This document shows positions 1 through 10,538 of a stretch of DNA of 64,000 nt, piece after piece. Positions within the stretch are counted from its first letter, which is position 1. The number at the start of each line of letters is the position of its first letter. The stretch is from IMG/VR virus record IMGVR_UViG_3300025137_004926, one strand, 5' to 3'. The notes under the pieces are model-generated. The model saw only the letters and a program-made list of their open reading frames with translations. It was not told the DNA's origin and made no database searches. Made by a program: the position numbers and the translations under genes. The stretch comes from a virus.

Positions 1-14
1 TCGATGTAGATAAG

Positions 15-2675
15 ATGCATTCAGATAATGTTAAAGATGCTGAGGCATCTAAGAAAAGAAGTAAGGATGCAGAAGATGATTTAAAAGCATTCAGAAAAAA
101 GCATGGGATAAAAGAAGAAACACCTTTTGGTTTAATTGCTCGTAAGGCAAATCATTTAGTTCATAAAAAAGCATATGTTAAAATTGCAGATATGATGCAT
201 GATATACTTACAAGAAAATACAAAGAAACTAATGGTAAACTTAGACATTCACTTGCCTATTATGCACAAATGTTAGCAATGCAGACAAACAACAAAATAA
301 ACTATCGTGAACTTGAGCAAGAATATCTCAATTCGTATGGTAATGCAATGTTTGAAAGTGAATTAGATGTATCATTATCAGCATTAAGGGAAGAAGCATT
401 AAACGTAAAGCCTATCATTACACAAGCTATTCGTAAACTAGATAAAGTATTCAAAAAGAATGGTCATGAAGTTAGAATAGTAGGTGGGGCTGTACGAGAT
501 ATTGCATTAGGTAAAGATCCAAAAGATATTGACTTCGCCACAGATGCTACTCCTGACGAAATGATTGCTATGCTTGATAAAGCAGGCATCAGACACATTC
601 CTACAGGTATAGAACATGGTACAATAACCGCAGTTGTAGATGGAGAAGATTTTGAAATCACAACACTGAGAGCGGACTCAAATACAGACGGCAGACATGC
701 TGATGTAGAGTTTGTGCGTTCATGGGAAGAAGATGCTAAACGTAGAGACTTAACATACAATGCAATGTCAATGGATATTGACGGTACTGTACATGATTAT
801 AATGGTGGTATGGACGACTTACAAGATAAGGTAAGTAGGTTCGTAGGAGATGCAGAAGAAAGAATTAAAGAAGATTATTTGCGTATCTTAAGATACTTTA
901 GATTTCAATCTAAGTTAGATAGTCCAAAGTGGGATGATGATACGTTAAAAGCAATTAAAGATAATGCAGACGGCATGTCAGGGTTATCTGTTGAAAGAAT
1001 TTGGCAAGAAATAGGTAAATTGTTAATGGGGTCAAGTGCCAAAGAAGCACTTGAGTGGATGAACAAGACAGGCGTATCAAGTAAGATTGGACTTGAAGGT
1101 ATCAATCCAGCTAAACTAGGTGAGCCTACAGGACCTATTATTGCACTTGCAAGAATGCTAGACAGTAGTGGTATTGCAAGAGATTGGAAGATGAGCAATT
1201 ACGATAGAGAAATGTTTGACTTCTTAATCAAGCACAAAGGTGAAAACATAAATTCAAAACAAGCACAAGATATGATTATCAAAGGTGCATCACAAGACCA
1301 TTTACTTGCATGGGCAAACATGCATAGCAAGAAGGATGTATATAATACAGTCCAAGGATTTGAACAGCCAGACTTTCCAATTAATGGTAAAGACTTACTA
1401 GCAAGAGGTTATGTTGCTGGTCCTAATCTTGGTAAAATGATTGCTGATTTAAAAGATACATGGATGAAATCTAACTATAAACTAAGCAAGGAAGAATTAC
1501 TAAGTAAAGTTCCAGTTAGAGAAAATACATTATTTGAAGCAGTTGCTAGATTTATGACAGGACATGGTATTACTTACAAGGGTAAGAAGTATGATACAAT
1601 GGATGTAGAAGTAGTAGCAGTTGATAATGAAAAGAGACAATATCAAGTAATGATATTTGAACCAAAAGAACTACTTGGTACAAATGTAATGATGAGTGCA
1701 AAATTTATGCACAGAGGTCCTTGGGTTAAAACTAAGATACCTGATTACATGGGAGCAATAGAAAAAGGTTTAGATAAAGAAAAGACAGATGAATGGATAG
1801 TTCCAGCCGCTCAAGCAGTAGCACATGGTGCCAGAATGGCGGGCCCACATGTAGCGAAGTTTCTGAGAAATGATCCTGCACCTAAGATAGCAGGCGCTCT
1901 TGCGACAACAGGAGGCGTTGCAAATTGGGCAAAAAGCAAGTATAATAGTTGGATGAATAAGAAAAATAAGAAACCAACAACTATAGATGAAGACTTTAAT
2001 AATCTATTTGAAGATAATACTCCTGATGTCTATGTAGATATGGACGGCGTGTTAGTTGATTTCTTTAATGAATGGGCTAGACTAGTAAACGTAAAATCAT
2101 ACAGAGATATACCAAAAAAAGATATAGGTAAAGCACTTAAGAAGATTGTTAATACTCCAAACTTCTGGGAAGACTTGCCAGCATTAGCAGGCTATAAAGA
2201 CTTGCTACAAACTATTAAAGCCACTAAAGGCAATTATAAAATATTAAGTTCCCCTCTAGCAAATGATCCTAATGTAGATCCTGGCAAAAGAGAGTGGGTG
2301 AGAAAAAATTTAAACTTCTTTAAACCAGAGCAAGTTATCATTGACCACAATAAATCAAAGTATGCAAAGAAACAAGACGGTACTCCGAACTTGTTAATTG
2401 ATGATTTTGGTAAGAATGTCAATGCATGGCAATCAGCTGGTGGTATCGCAATTAAGCATCATACATCAACTACTGCAAATACAGTACAAGCAATTAAAAA
2501 AGTATTCAGTAGAAAAGATGTAAAAGAAGCGGCGGGCGTAGGTAGAGTTATACCTGGCATAAATACCACAGTTGACGTAGGACCCAACGAAATTACTAAA
2601 CAAGCTAAAAAGTTTGGTAATGATGTAGACAAAGATGGGAAACCTAAAAAGCTACTGCGTACAAAGAAAAAATGA
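15..2675 (+). CDS. cca: Multidomain protein: class II CCA-adding tRNA nucleotidyltransferase plus HAD 5'(3')-deoxyribonucleotidase-like domain; probably 5'-truncated by the window edge
   Basis: GGAVRD..KDIDF, EITTLR..DGRH, EEDAKRRDLTYNAM, EDYLRILRYFRF motifs; later VYVDMDGVLVDF..LLIDDF HAD motif; frame is open upstream of position 15. Confidence 0.85.
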   Translation: MHSDNVKDAEASKKRSKDAEDDLKAFRKKHGIKEETPFGLIARKANHLVHKKAYVKIADMMHDILTRKYKETNGKLRHSLAYYAQMLAMQTNNKINYRELEQEYLNSYGNAMFESELDVSLSALREEALNVKPIITQAIRKLDKVFKKNGHEVRIVGGAVRDIALGKDPKDIDFATDATPDEMIAMLDKAGIRHIPTGIEHGTITAVVDGEDFEITTLRADSNTDGRHADVEFVRSWEEDAKRRDLTYNAMSMDIDGTVHDYNGGMDDLQDKVSRFVGDAEERIKEDYLRILRYFRFQSKLDSPKWDDDTLKAIKDNADGMSGLSVERIWQEIGKLLMGSSAKEALEWMNKTGVSSKIGLEGINPAKLGEPTGPIIALARMLDSSGIARDWKMSNYDREMFDFLIKHKGENINSKQAQDMIIKGASQDHLLAWANMHSKKDVYNTVQGFEQPDFPINGKDLLARGYVAGPNLGKMIADLKDTWMKSNYKLSKEELLSKVPVRENTLFEAVARFMTGHGITYKGKKYDTMDVEVVAVDNEKRQYQVMIFEPKELLGTNVMMSAKFMHRGPWVKTKIPDYMGAIEKGLDKEKTDEWIVPAAQAVAHGARMAGPHVAKFLRNDPAPKIAGALATTGGVANWAKSKYNSWMNKKNKKPTTIDEDFNNLFEDNTPDVYVDMDGVLVDFFNEWARLVNVKSYRDIPKKDIGKALKKIVNTPNFWEDLPALAGYKDLLQTIKATKGNYKILSSPLANDPNVDPGKREWVRKNLNFFKPEQVIIDHNKSKYAKKQDGTPNLLIDDFGKNVNAWQSAGGIAIKHHTSTTANTVQAIKKVFSRKDVKEAAGVGRVIPGINTTVDVGPNEITKQAKKFGNDVDKDGKPKKLLRTKKK

Positions 2676-3997
2676 ATGAACTAAATCCAAATCTTCATAA
2701 TTTAAAAAATACAATGTGTTTCAAAAACTGGAACGACATTATTATATCCTTACCTCAAAGAACAGTAAAGTGGTGTTGTAAAACACAACATACACCTGAG
2801 CAAATGAAAGAACTGACATTTGATATAGATACACTTACCGAAGATTTTTTATTTAATCATCCTATACTACAAAAACGAAAGTATGAATTAAGTGGAGGCA
2901 CTCGTAGTGCAGATTGTTCGGGTTGTTGGAGAACAGAAGATGCAGGCGGTGAGAGTGTCAGAACATCATATAATAGTAATTACGATTATCCATGGAGAAT
3001 GCGTTTACAAAAAGCAGGTAATCATCCAAACATGGCTAAACAATTTCATAGAGATATGATGGAACGTGATAACTTCAAGTTTATTGAAATAGAATTAACA
3101 AATAAGTGCAACATGGCATGTGTGTATTGTTGGGCTGGTTCTAGTACTCGTTGGCAAAAAGAAGTAGGACAGCGTTTTCCAGATACAGATGATATGATGT
3201 TTGATAAAACACTGCATATTTTAAATGATTATTGGGATAAGAAATTAGTAGGGCAAGGACATGTTAACTTTAGTTTACTAGGCGGTGAGCCGTTCTTTAC
3301 TGACCATATGTTTAAGTTTATTGAAGATTTTATGATAAACATTAATGATACTCACACTGAAGGTCAAATAGTAGTAATTACTGTTACAACAAATTTAAAC
3401 TTCCCTAAAAAGAAATTCGATAAATTTATTGAACTAGTACATAGAACACCAAATATACGTTATGAAATGCAACTATCAGGCGAAGCATTAGATAAGCAGA
3501 GTGAATTAATTAGGTGGGGATTAGATTTTAATAAATGGGATGAAAACTTAGATTTATTTTTTGAGAAGTCAAAGGAAATCGATAACTTAATTATTGGGTT
3601 TGGTTGCGCCCATAATAGTTTAAGTCTTCCTTACTTCAAAGATTTTTTAGTGTATCTTAATGATAAAATAAATAAGTATGAATATGATAAGACAATATTA
3701 ATGCATCAGAATTGGGTAGATAATCCAGTGCATTTAGCAGTAGATTCGTTAGAGCCACATCATGCAGATGCAATAGAAGAACAAATAGAATATTTTCAGA
3801 ATATGTCTGGTAATTTCTATAAAAAACAAAGATATATTAGATTAATGAAGACAATGAAATCACTAGTAGAAAGCGAAGTACCAGTAGAAACTAAGCTAAT
3901 AGCACAAAAACAGTTTAAAATACTAGAAGATAGGCGCAAAATCTCATATTCAGAGTGCTTCCCTCACTTCAATGAACTAATAAATTCAATTAATTAA
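2672..3997 (+). CDS. Radical SAM protein with N-terminal Cys-rich (Twitch/SPASM-like) domain
   Basis: CNMACVYC, LLGGEP; N-terminal C..WCC..CSGC. Confidence 0.85.
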   Translation: MNELNPNLHNLKNTMCFKNWNDIIISLPQRTVKWCCKTQHTPEQMKELTFDIDTLTEDFLFNHPILQKRKYELSGGTRSADCSGCWRTEDAGGESVRTSYNSNYDYPWRMRLQKAGNHPNMAKQFHRDMMERDNFKFIEIELTNKCNMACVYCWAGSSTRWQKEVGQRFPDTDDMMFDKTLHILNDYWDKKLVGQGHVNFSLLGGEPFFTDHMFKFIEDFMININDTHTEGQIVVITVTTNLNFPKKKFDKFIELVHRTPNIRYEMQLSGEALDKQSELIRWGLDFNKWDENLDLFFEKSKEIDNLIIGFGCAHNSLSLPYFKDFLVYLNDKINKYEYDKTILMHQNWVDNPVHLAVDSLEPHHADAIEEQIEYFQNMSGNFYKKQRYIRLMKTMKSLVESEVPVETKLIAQKQFKILEDRRKISYSECFPHFNELINSIN

Positions 3998-4004
3998 TTA
4001 ATTT

Positions 4005-4012
4005 GATAAATA
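4005..4012 (+). promoter_or_regulatory. T4-late-like promoter GATAAATA
   Basis: ATAAATA core 5 nt before ATG 4018; same core recurs upstream of several genes. Confidence 0.5.
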
Positions 4013-4017
4013 GTAAT

Positions 4018-4248
4018 ATGAAACTAACAGAATTATTAGGTGAAAATTTTAGTGGAGCGTTTGCAGGTGTGGCTATGCCAATGACACCTGGCACGAAAGC
4101 TAAAGATGCCAAAAAAGCAGTAGACCCGTTTGGGTATTTGACACCTGGTAAGAAACAAAAGAACTATAAGATGGGTTTTTCTGCCGATGTAGGTAACTTA
4201 GTTTATAATAAGCCTGTCAAGAGTCCAATGATTAAGAGAGCAAAATAA
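4018..4248 (+). CDS. Small hypothetical protein, probably virion/head-associated
   Basis: Likely start MKLTELLGE at 4018 directly after a late-promoter motif; stop overlaps the next start. Confidence 0.6.
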   Translation: MKLTELLGENFSGAFAGVAMPMTPGTKAKDAKKAVDPFGYLTPGKKQKNYKMGFSADVGNLVYNKPVKSPMIKRAK

Positions 4249-6062
4249 TGAAACTTACACAATTAACAGAGAGTTTTGTAATCAATAACGATGAGTTTGA
4301 AGATTACTTAAACCGTGGTACGGAACAACTCAAAACAGAATTAGAAGGTGGAAAGAATGCCCGTGATGCGGTTCATGATTTAGCCTTAACATTTTCACAA
4401 CAACATAATAAATCATATGAGGCATATGAACGTATGTCAGACAGTCTAGCGGCTCGTATGCATACACTAGAATTAGGTAATGAACAAGCTCCAGCTATGG
4501 ATATGCCTGGTGAGATCCCATCGATGGATCCAGAAGCACCAAGCGACATGGACATTGCACCTGATATGGCTCCCGAAGAACCAGAAGATGGTGAAATGAG
4601 CGGTATGGATATGAATGTACCAGACGCAGAAGAAATGCCAGGTGAACAAGACATGGCAGATTATGATGCAGTGATGGCGAATAAGCCAGATGCTGATGCC
4701 GAAGAAGATACAACAGAAGAAAGTATCGAAGAATCTTCAACTGCTCTTTTAAATAAAGAAGATTATATGGCAAAGCGTAAAGCACTAGCAGATATTCAGA
4801 TGGACCCTGACACAGCAAATAACGAAGACCTCAAAAGAGAAGTAATGCGTAGAAAAGCAGAACTTGAAGACCAAGCACAAAAAATGGGTATCAAAGAAGG
4901 TACTATGATTGGTGGACTAATGAAATATGATGGTCAACCAGAAGAAGAATATTCAGAGGCTGTTGCAAAATACAATGAATTTATGGCTACACCTCGTCCA
5001 GCAGGCGAAGATACAAGTGACATGGTTATGTCTTTTGTATTTGACGATGAACTATTAGATGATATGTATGTTGCACAAGAAGAAGGCAACAAAGATGTTA
5101 GACCTATGGTTGCTAAGAGAATGGCAGAACTTGGTCATGCAAATGAATCAGTATCAGAAGCAGATGAAAAACCATACATTTGTGTACATGCTCAAAAAGG
5201 CAAACATGAATGTCATGCGTCTACTTCATATGGAGCGGCTAAAAAAGCGGCTGAACATTGGGGTATGAAATCAACTGCTGGTATCGATGCACATTTGGCA
5301 GTAGATGAAAGCGAAGCAGTTGTTGAAGCAAACGCAATGGATACTATAAAGAAAATTGTAGCAGACAAACAAAATATGCCTGTTAAATTTGATGATGGGT
5401 CTATGAAAGTTGACTTATTCACTGCTAGTGCAGTTTCACAAGTTTATGATAAAGTAAATGACGCAAACAGAGAAAAAATTGACAATATGCTTAAAACAAA
5501 AGCTGGTATGTTAAAGATTGCAGACTTCGCCATGGGTTCTATGAAAGAAGGCAAACTAGATACTGCTATGAACATAGCAAAGAAAGTAGGAAAAGTAGCT
5601 GGTGCAGTCAAAACAGGTGCAGAGAAAGTTGGTAAAGGTGTTAAAGTTGCAAAAGCAGTAGGTAATAGCACAGTCGGAAAAGCAGTAGGCGGCACACTTG
5701 GTAACTTAGCCAAAGCAGTTGGTGTTGGTATGCAGAATAAAGCATCAGATTTAACTGGTGGGCAAATTAAGAAATCTAAAGTAAAAGTATTCAATGCAGA
5801 TGATGTAGCAGACAGAATTGTTAATAATTCGGCTAGAATTGCAATGTCAGAGTACAACGAATTCTACAAAGAACTAGACAAAGCGGCCAAACAAGGCAAA
5901 AAAGCTGGTGACAGTATTTCAGTTGGTGGCAAGAACATCAAATTAAAATCTAATCCAAAGAAAATGTCAGACCTAACTGACTCAGATTTTACAAAGATTG
6001 ACATAGTAGCACAGAAGCTAATGGACGCTTGTGGCGGATCAATGAAAAAATACAAAAAATAA
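4248..6062 (+). CDS. Acidic multi-segment hypothetical protein, putative prohead core or internal head protein
   Basis: 604 aa, N-terminus MKLTQLTES, D/E/M/P-rich linker, segments separated by xxE sites. Confidence 0.55.
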   Translation: MKLTQLTESFVINNDEFEDYLNRGTEQLKTELEGGKNARDAVHDLALTFSQQHNKSYEAYERMSDSLAARMHTLELGNEQAPAMDMPGEIPSMDPEAPSDMDIAPDMAPEEPEDGEMSGMDMNVPDAEEMPGEQDMADYDAVMANKPDADAEEDTTEESIEESSTALLNKEDYMAKRKALADIQMDPDTANNEDLKREVMRRKAELEDQAQKMGIKEGTMIGGLMKYDGQPEEEYSEAVAKYNEFMATPRPAGEDTSDMVMSFVFDDELLDDMYVAQEEGNKDVRPMVAKRMAELGHANESVSEADEKPYICVHAQKGKHECHASTSYGAAKKAAEHWGMKSTAGIDAHLAVDESEAVVEANAMDTIKKIVADKQNMPVKFDDGSMKVDLFTASAVSQVYDKVNDANREKIDNMLKTKAGMLKIADFAMGSMKEGKLDTAMNIAKKVGKVAGAVKTGAEKVGKGVKVAKAVGNSTVGKAVGGTLGNLAKAVGVGMQNKASDLTGGQIKKSKVKVFNADDVADRIVNNSARIAMSEYNEFYKELDKAAKQGKKAGDSISVGGKNIKLKSNPKKMSDLTDSDFTKIDIVAQKLMDACGGSMKKYKK

Positions 6063-6065
6063 GTA

Positions 6066-6094
6066 TTGACTTAGAAAATTACTTATGTTATTAT
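6066..6094 (+). promoter_or_regulatory. Sigma70-type promoter
   Basis: TTGACT-17bp-TATTAT with extended -10 TG. Confidence 0.65.
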
Positions 6095-6127
6095 AAAGAG
6101 TGTCCTAGAAATAGGGCGCTCTTTTTT
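6095..6127 (+). terminator. Rho-independent terminator
   Basis: Stem GAGTGTCCTA-GAAA-TAGGGCGCTC followed by a T-run. Confidence 0.7.
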
Positions 6128-6145
6128 AACCTAAGGAGGAACTAT

Positions 6146-6406
6146 ATGTCAATCGATACATTAAGTACAGAAGACAAAGCTAAATTAAAGCAATTAGTAG
6201 ACGAGGGATGCTCAGTACTACAGGAAGTTGACGACCTAAAAGGTGGTCTACGTGATACAGTTAAAGCAATCGCAGATGAATTTGATATCAAACCAGGTGT
6301 TTTAAACAAAGCGATTAGCCTAGCACATAAGGCAAAATTAACAGAAGCAAAACAAGATTTTGCTGATGTTGAAGAAGTGTTAGAGACTGTAGGACGTACC
6401 CTATAA
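6146..6406 (+). CDS. T4 DsbA/GapR-like double-stranded DNA-binding protein
   Basis: AGGAGG SD before ATG 6146; 86-aa helical protein (..IADEFDIKPGVLNKAISLAHK..) just upstream of the polymerase. Confidence 0.6.
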   Translation: MSIDTLSTEDKAKLKQLVDEGCSVLQEVDDLKGGLRDTVKAIADEFDIKPGVLNKAISLAHKAKLTEAKQDFADVEEVLETVGRTL

Positions 6407-9196
6407 ATGAGTTATGTGGACGCTTATTACAACCGAGATAAAGACATTGTTCAAGTAATAGAACGTGTCGATGGAAAACGTGTCTATAATGATTTCCCTG
6501 CATGGCGTACATTTTATGTCAAAGATCCTAGAGGACAACATTCTAGTATTCATGGCGACAAAGTACGTGAAATTAAGTGTAAGCGACTAAAAGATTTACA
6601 CAAAGAACGAAGAATAAACTCAGGTAAATCTCTATACGAAAGTGATATCAAACCAGAAGTAAGATGTCTAAGTGAGAACTACAACGGCGTAGATTCTCCT
6701 AAACTACATGTTGCATTCTTTGATATCGAGGTAGACTTTGATGCAGATAAGGGATTTGCTCCTCCAGAGGATCCCTTTATGCCTATCACTGCAATTACTG
6801 TATATCTACAGTGGTTAGATAAACTAGTCACGTTTGCTCTTCCTCCTAAACATATGCAAGAGGGAGAAGGGCTAGAGGAAGCAGAACGTATCTGTAAACA
6901 ATTTGATGATACATTTTTATATCTTGATGAAGTAGATATGTTAAATGACTTTATTGCAGTGATTGATGATGCTGATGTTTTATCTGGTTGGAACTCAGAA
7001 GGTTTTGATATTCCATATACAGTTAGACGTATTACTCGTATGATGAGTAAATCACATACACGTAAACTTTGTTTGTGGGACTTATTGCCTCATGAAAGAA
7101 AAGTAGTTAAGTATGGTAGGGATCAAATTACATATGACTTATCAGGTCGTATTCACTTAGACTATCTTGAACTTTATCGTAAGTATACGTATCACGAAAT
7201 GCATTCATATTCACTTAATGCTATTGGTGAGTACGAACTTGGTGATAAGAAAATTGAGTATGAAGGTACACTAGACCAACTATACAACAGAGACTTCTAT
7301 AAGTTTATTGAATACAATAGACAAGACGTTGCACTACTTGGTGAAATGGATAAGAAGCTACAGTTTATTGACTTAGCAAATGAAATTGCACATGATAACA
7401 CAGTTAATATCAAAACAACTATGGGTGCTGTTGCAGTTACAGAACAAGCAATTATTAACGAAGCACATCGTAGAAATATGGTTGTGCCTGATAGAAAAGC
7501 CAAAGATTGGGGAGAAGATGATATCGAACCAACTGATGCAGAATTAGAAGAAGCAGAAAAACAAAAAGCCGCAGGTGCATTTGTGGCAAATCCAAAGACT
7601 GGAATCCAACGTTGGGTATCAGGTATTGATATCAACTCACTTTATCCTTCAATTATTCGTGCATTGAATATGTCTCCAGAAACTATTGTTGCACAACTTG
7701 AACCAACACTAACAGAGAAGATGATTGGTGATAGAATTGCACATGGTAGACGAAATGGTAGTAAGGGTTTCGGTGCGGCACAGGCGTGGGAAGATACATT
7801 TAGTGCAGAAGAATTTAGACTAGTCAATGAGAAAGATAAGACAGAAAAGATTAATCTTAGATTAGAGTCAGGCGAAGTAGCAGACATGACTGGTGCAGAG
7901 ATACATAACTTGGTATTCAATAGCGACCTACAATGGGCTATTACTGCCAATGGTACTGTTCTTAAGCAAGATGTACAAGGTATTATTCCTAGTCTATTAG
8001 AACGTTGGTATGCTGAACGTAAAATATTACAAGCGAACAAGAAGAAAGCTATCGAAGAAGGCGATAAAGAAAAGATTGCATTCTGGGATAAGAGACAACT
8101 TGTTAAAAAGATTAACTTGAATAGTTTATATGGTGCGATTCTAAATCCTGGTTGTCGCTTCTATGATAAACGTATAGGTCAGAGTACAACATTGTCCGGT
8201 CGTTGTATCACAAGACATATGGGTGCTAAGACTAATGAAGTAATCGCTGGTGATTATGACTACAAAGGTGAGTCCATCATCTATGGTGATACAGATAGTA
8301 TCTATTATTCTATGTATCCTGTTTATAAGGAAGACATTGACGCAGGCAAAATTGAGTGGAGTAAAGAAAAAGTTATTGAACTATATGATGAGATTGCAAA
8401 TCAAGTCAATTTAAGTTTTCCAGACTTTATGAAAGACTTCTTTAATTCTCCACGTAAACAAGGTGAGATTATTGCCGCAGGTCGTGAGAACTGTGCAAGT
8501 ATGGGTATCTTCATTAAGAAGAAACGCTATGCAATGCTTATCTTTGATGATGAAGGTGTAAGGAAAGACGTAGATGGCAAACCTGGTAAAGTAAAAGCTA
8601 TGGGTCTTGACTTGAAACGTAGTGACACTCCAGACTATATGCAGAACTTTTTGAGTGATGTTCTTGTTAAAATTCTAACAGACTGTACAGAACAAGACGT
8701 TATCGATATGGTTAAAATATTCAAGAAAGAGTTTAGAGCGAAGCCTGGTTGGGAAAAAGGAACTCCTAAACGTGTTAACAATCTTACTATGTACAGAAAG
8801 AAAGTACAGAAGATTGCAAAAGCACATGGTAGAGAATTTAAACTAACAGGTGCCGAAGACAAAAGAGATAAAGTACATCTTCCGGGTCATGTTAGTGCGG
8901 CTTTAAATTGGAATACTCTACGTGAATTACATGGAGACAAATATTCTATTGAGATTACAGATGGTATGAAAACTATTGTATGTAAACTAAAACCTAATGC
9001 GTTAAAAATGACAAGTATAGGTTATCCAATCGATGAAAAACGAATTCCAGAATGGTTTCAAGAACTTCCGTTTGACGATGAGTTAATGGAAGCAACAATC
9101 ATTGATAAGAAACTAGATAATCTTATTGGTGTTCTTAAGTGGGACTTAAGTGATGCTGATGCATCTGAACAATTTACAAATTTATTTGATTTTTAA
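6407..9196 (+). CDS. Family B DNA polymerase with 3'-5' exonuclease
   Basis: FFDIEVD exonuclease motif, DINSLYPS, KINLNSLYG, YGDTDS, KKRY; C-terminus FTNLFDF. Confidence 0.97.
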   Translation: MSYVDAYYNRDKDIVQVIERVDGKRVYNDFPAWRTFYVKDPRGQHSSIHGDKVREIKCKRLKDLHKERRINSGKSLYESDIKPEVRCLSENYNGVDSPKLHVAFFDIEVDFDADKGFAPPEDPFMPITAITVYLQWLDKLVTFALPPKHMQEGEGLEEAERICKQFDDTFLYLDEVDMLNDFIAVIDDADVLSGWNSEGFDIPYTVRRITRMMSKSHTRKLCLWDLLPHERKVVKYGRDQITYDLSGRIHLDYLELYRKYTYHEMHSYSLNAIGEYELGDKKIEYEGTLDQLYNRDFYKFIEYNRQDVALLGEMDKKLQFIDLANEIAHDNTVNIKTTMGAVAVTEQAIINEAHRRNMVVPDRKAKDWGEDDIEPTDAELEEAEKQKAAGAFVANPKTGIQRWVSGIDINSLYPSIIRALNMSPETIVAQLEPTLTEKMIGDRIAHGRRNGSKGFGAAQAWEDTFSAEEFRLVNEKDKTEKINLRLESGEVADMTGAEIHNLVFNSDLQWAITANGTVLKQDVQGIIPSLLERWYAERKILQANKKKAIEEGDKEKIAFWDKRQLVKKINLNSLYGAILNPGCRFYDKRIGQSTTLSGRCITRHMGAKTNEVIAGDYDYKGESIIYGDTDSIYYSMYPVYKEDIDAGKIEWSKEKVIELYDEIANQVNLSFPDFMKDFFNSPRKQGEIIAAGRENCASMGIFIKKKRYAMLIFDDEGVRKDVDGKPGKVKAMGLDLKRSDTPDYMQNFLSDVLVKILTDCTEQDVIDMVKIFKKEFRAKPGWEKGTPKRVNNLTMYRKKVQKIAKAHGREFKLTGAEDKRDKVHLPGHVSAALNWNTLRELHGDKYSIEITDGMKTIVCKLKPNALKMTSIGYPIDEKRIPEWFQELPFDDELMEATIIDKKLDNLIGVLKWDLSDADASEQFTNLFDF

Positions 9197-9763
9197 ATGT
9201 ATACTGATACAATAAATTCTGTAGAGTTTAAGATTATTGGTAATAATTTGAAAGAGTTTTTACAAGGACTGATTACTAATAATATAAACAATATAGATAA
9301 TGGACCAGTAGAAACATTTATACTTACTCCTCAAGGTAAGATAAAACATCAAGTAACAATAACAGATAAAGGCGACAGCTTTAATATATTATGCACTAAT
9401 GACCAAGGAGATTTGTTTAAGTTTTTAAATATGTATGCAATGCTTAAAAGAATAGTTGTAGAAAAAGTAGATGTACAAAATGTATATGATAAGAAATACT
9501 TCTTAAAACTTTTAGAAAAGGGCAAACTAGATACTAATTTCTTAACACAGCCTTCTTTATATCCTGCTGAGGTAGATGATAGTTTAGTTGATTATAATAA
9601 AGGTTGTTACATAGGTCAAGAGGTTGTTGCAAGAATGCATTATAAACAGAAGAATAAGAAACAAATACTAATAAGAAACAAATTAGACATAATGTATTCA
9701 ACTGCAAAAGTATTACTAGAGATAGAAAATTGGATTATTGTTAAGGTACCAGTAAATGTGTAA
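9197..9763 (+). CDS. ygfZ: YgfZ/Iba57-like Fe-S cluster maturation protein (short form)
   Basis: Signature KGCYIGQE; N-terminal FLQGLITN..LTPQGK. Confidence 0.8.
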   Translation: MYTDTINSVEFKIIGNNLKEFLQGLITNNINNIDNGPVETFILTPQGKIKHQVTITDKGDSFNILCTNDQGDLFKFLNMYAMLKRIVVEKVDVQNVYDKKYFLKLLEKGKLDTNFLTQPSLYPAEVDDSLVDYNKGCYIGQEVVARMHYKQKNKKQILIRNKLDIMYSTAKVLLEIENWIIVKVPVNV

Positions 9764-10538
9764 AGTAGGAATAGTAGGGTCTAGCTATAGTGTAGGTATG
9801 CATCATAACAAAGAGACTGGTGAAAATAATTTAGCATTACCATTTGAGACATGGTTAGAGAAACATACAACAAACATGAGGTTTTTTAACTCAGCATGTT
9901 CTAGTAAAGGTACTGAACTTTACCTAAATAAGATTGTGTACTTAAAAGAAAAGCATAATATTGATGTTTTATTAATGGAGTTAGTAAACAATAGGTCAGA
10001 GTTAAACTTTAAATGTCTTGCAGAACCTTATCTAAAGATAAAGCATGTAACTGATATGTCTATTATAGAAGATGATGTATACAAAAATTCTGCATCCATA
10101 TATGAATTCATGAGAGCATTAACCCAAGACATGGAAGAAGAATGGTTTGCGAAAACTAGAAAGACTTTTCAACATTGGAAAGAAACACAAGAACAAATGG
10201 CGGCAAATCATATGTCACCAGAGTTTTGGGGCATGTTAGATGTATATCAAGCAATTAAGCTATGTAAACTATTAGATATAAAAGTTGTAGCATGGCAGAA
10301 GTCATGGGACTTCTACAACTATCCTGGATTTAAATCAATGCTACAGAAATCAATATATGTAGACTTTGATGGCACAAATGCACATGAATATTATATAAAG
10401 AAATATCCTGATAAAAATATCACATGTGATGAAACACATTTTAATGATGAAACAAATGAAGAAATGATTAAAGATTTCATTGCACCCAAATTAGAACAAG
10501 CAAAACACTTGCTGAATATTAGTAGGATGTCAAAGTAA
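9756..10538 (+). CDS. SGNH/GDSL hydrolase-like protein
   Basis: IVGSSYS N-terminal block and C-terminal DETH. Confidence 0.5.
   Translation: MCKVGIVGSSYSVGMHHNKETGENNLALPFETWLEKHTTNMRFFNSACSSKGTELYLNKIVYLKEKHNIDVLLMELVNNRSELNFKCLAEPYLKIKHVTDMSIIEDDVYKNSASIYEFMRALTQDMEEEWFAKTRKTFQHWKETQEQMAANHMSPEFWGMLDVYQAIKLCKLLDIKVVAWQKSWDFYNYPGFKSMLQKSIYVDFDGTNAHEYYIKKYPDKNITCDETHFNDETNEEMIKDFIAPKLEQAKHLLNISRMSK

Noticed and set aside
6029-6145. N-terminal extension of the 6029-6406 ORF
   Set aside because: Overlaps promoter and terminator; a strong SD supports ATG 6146
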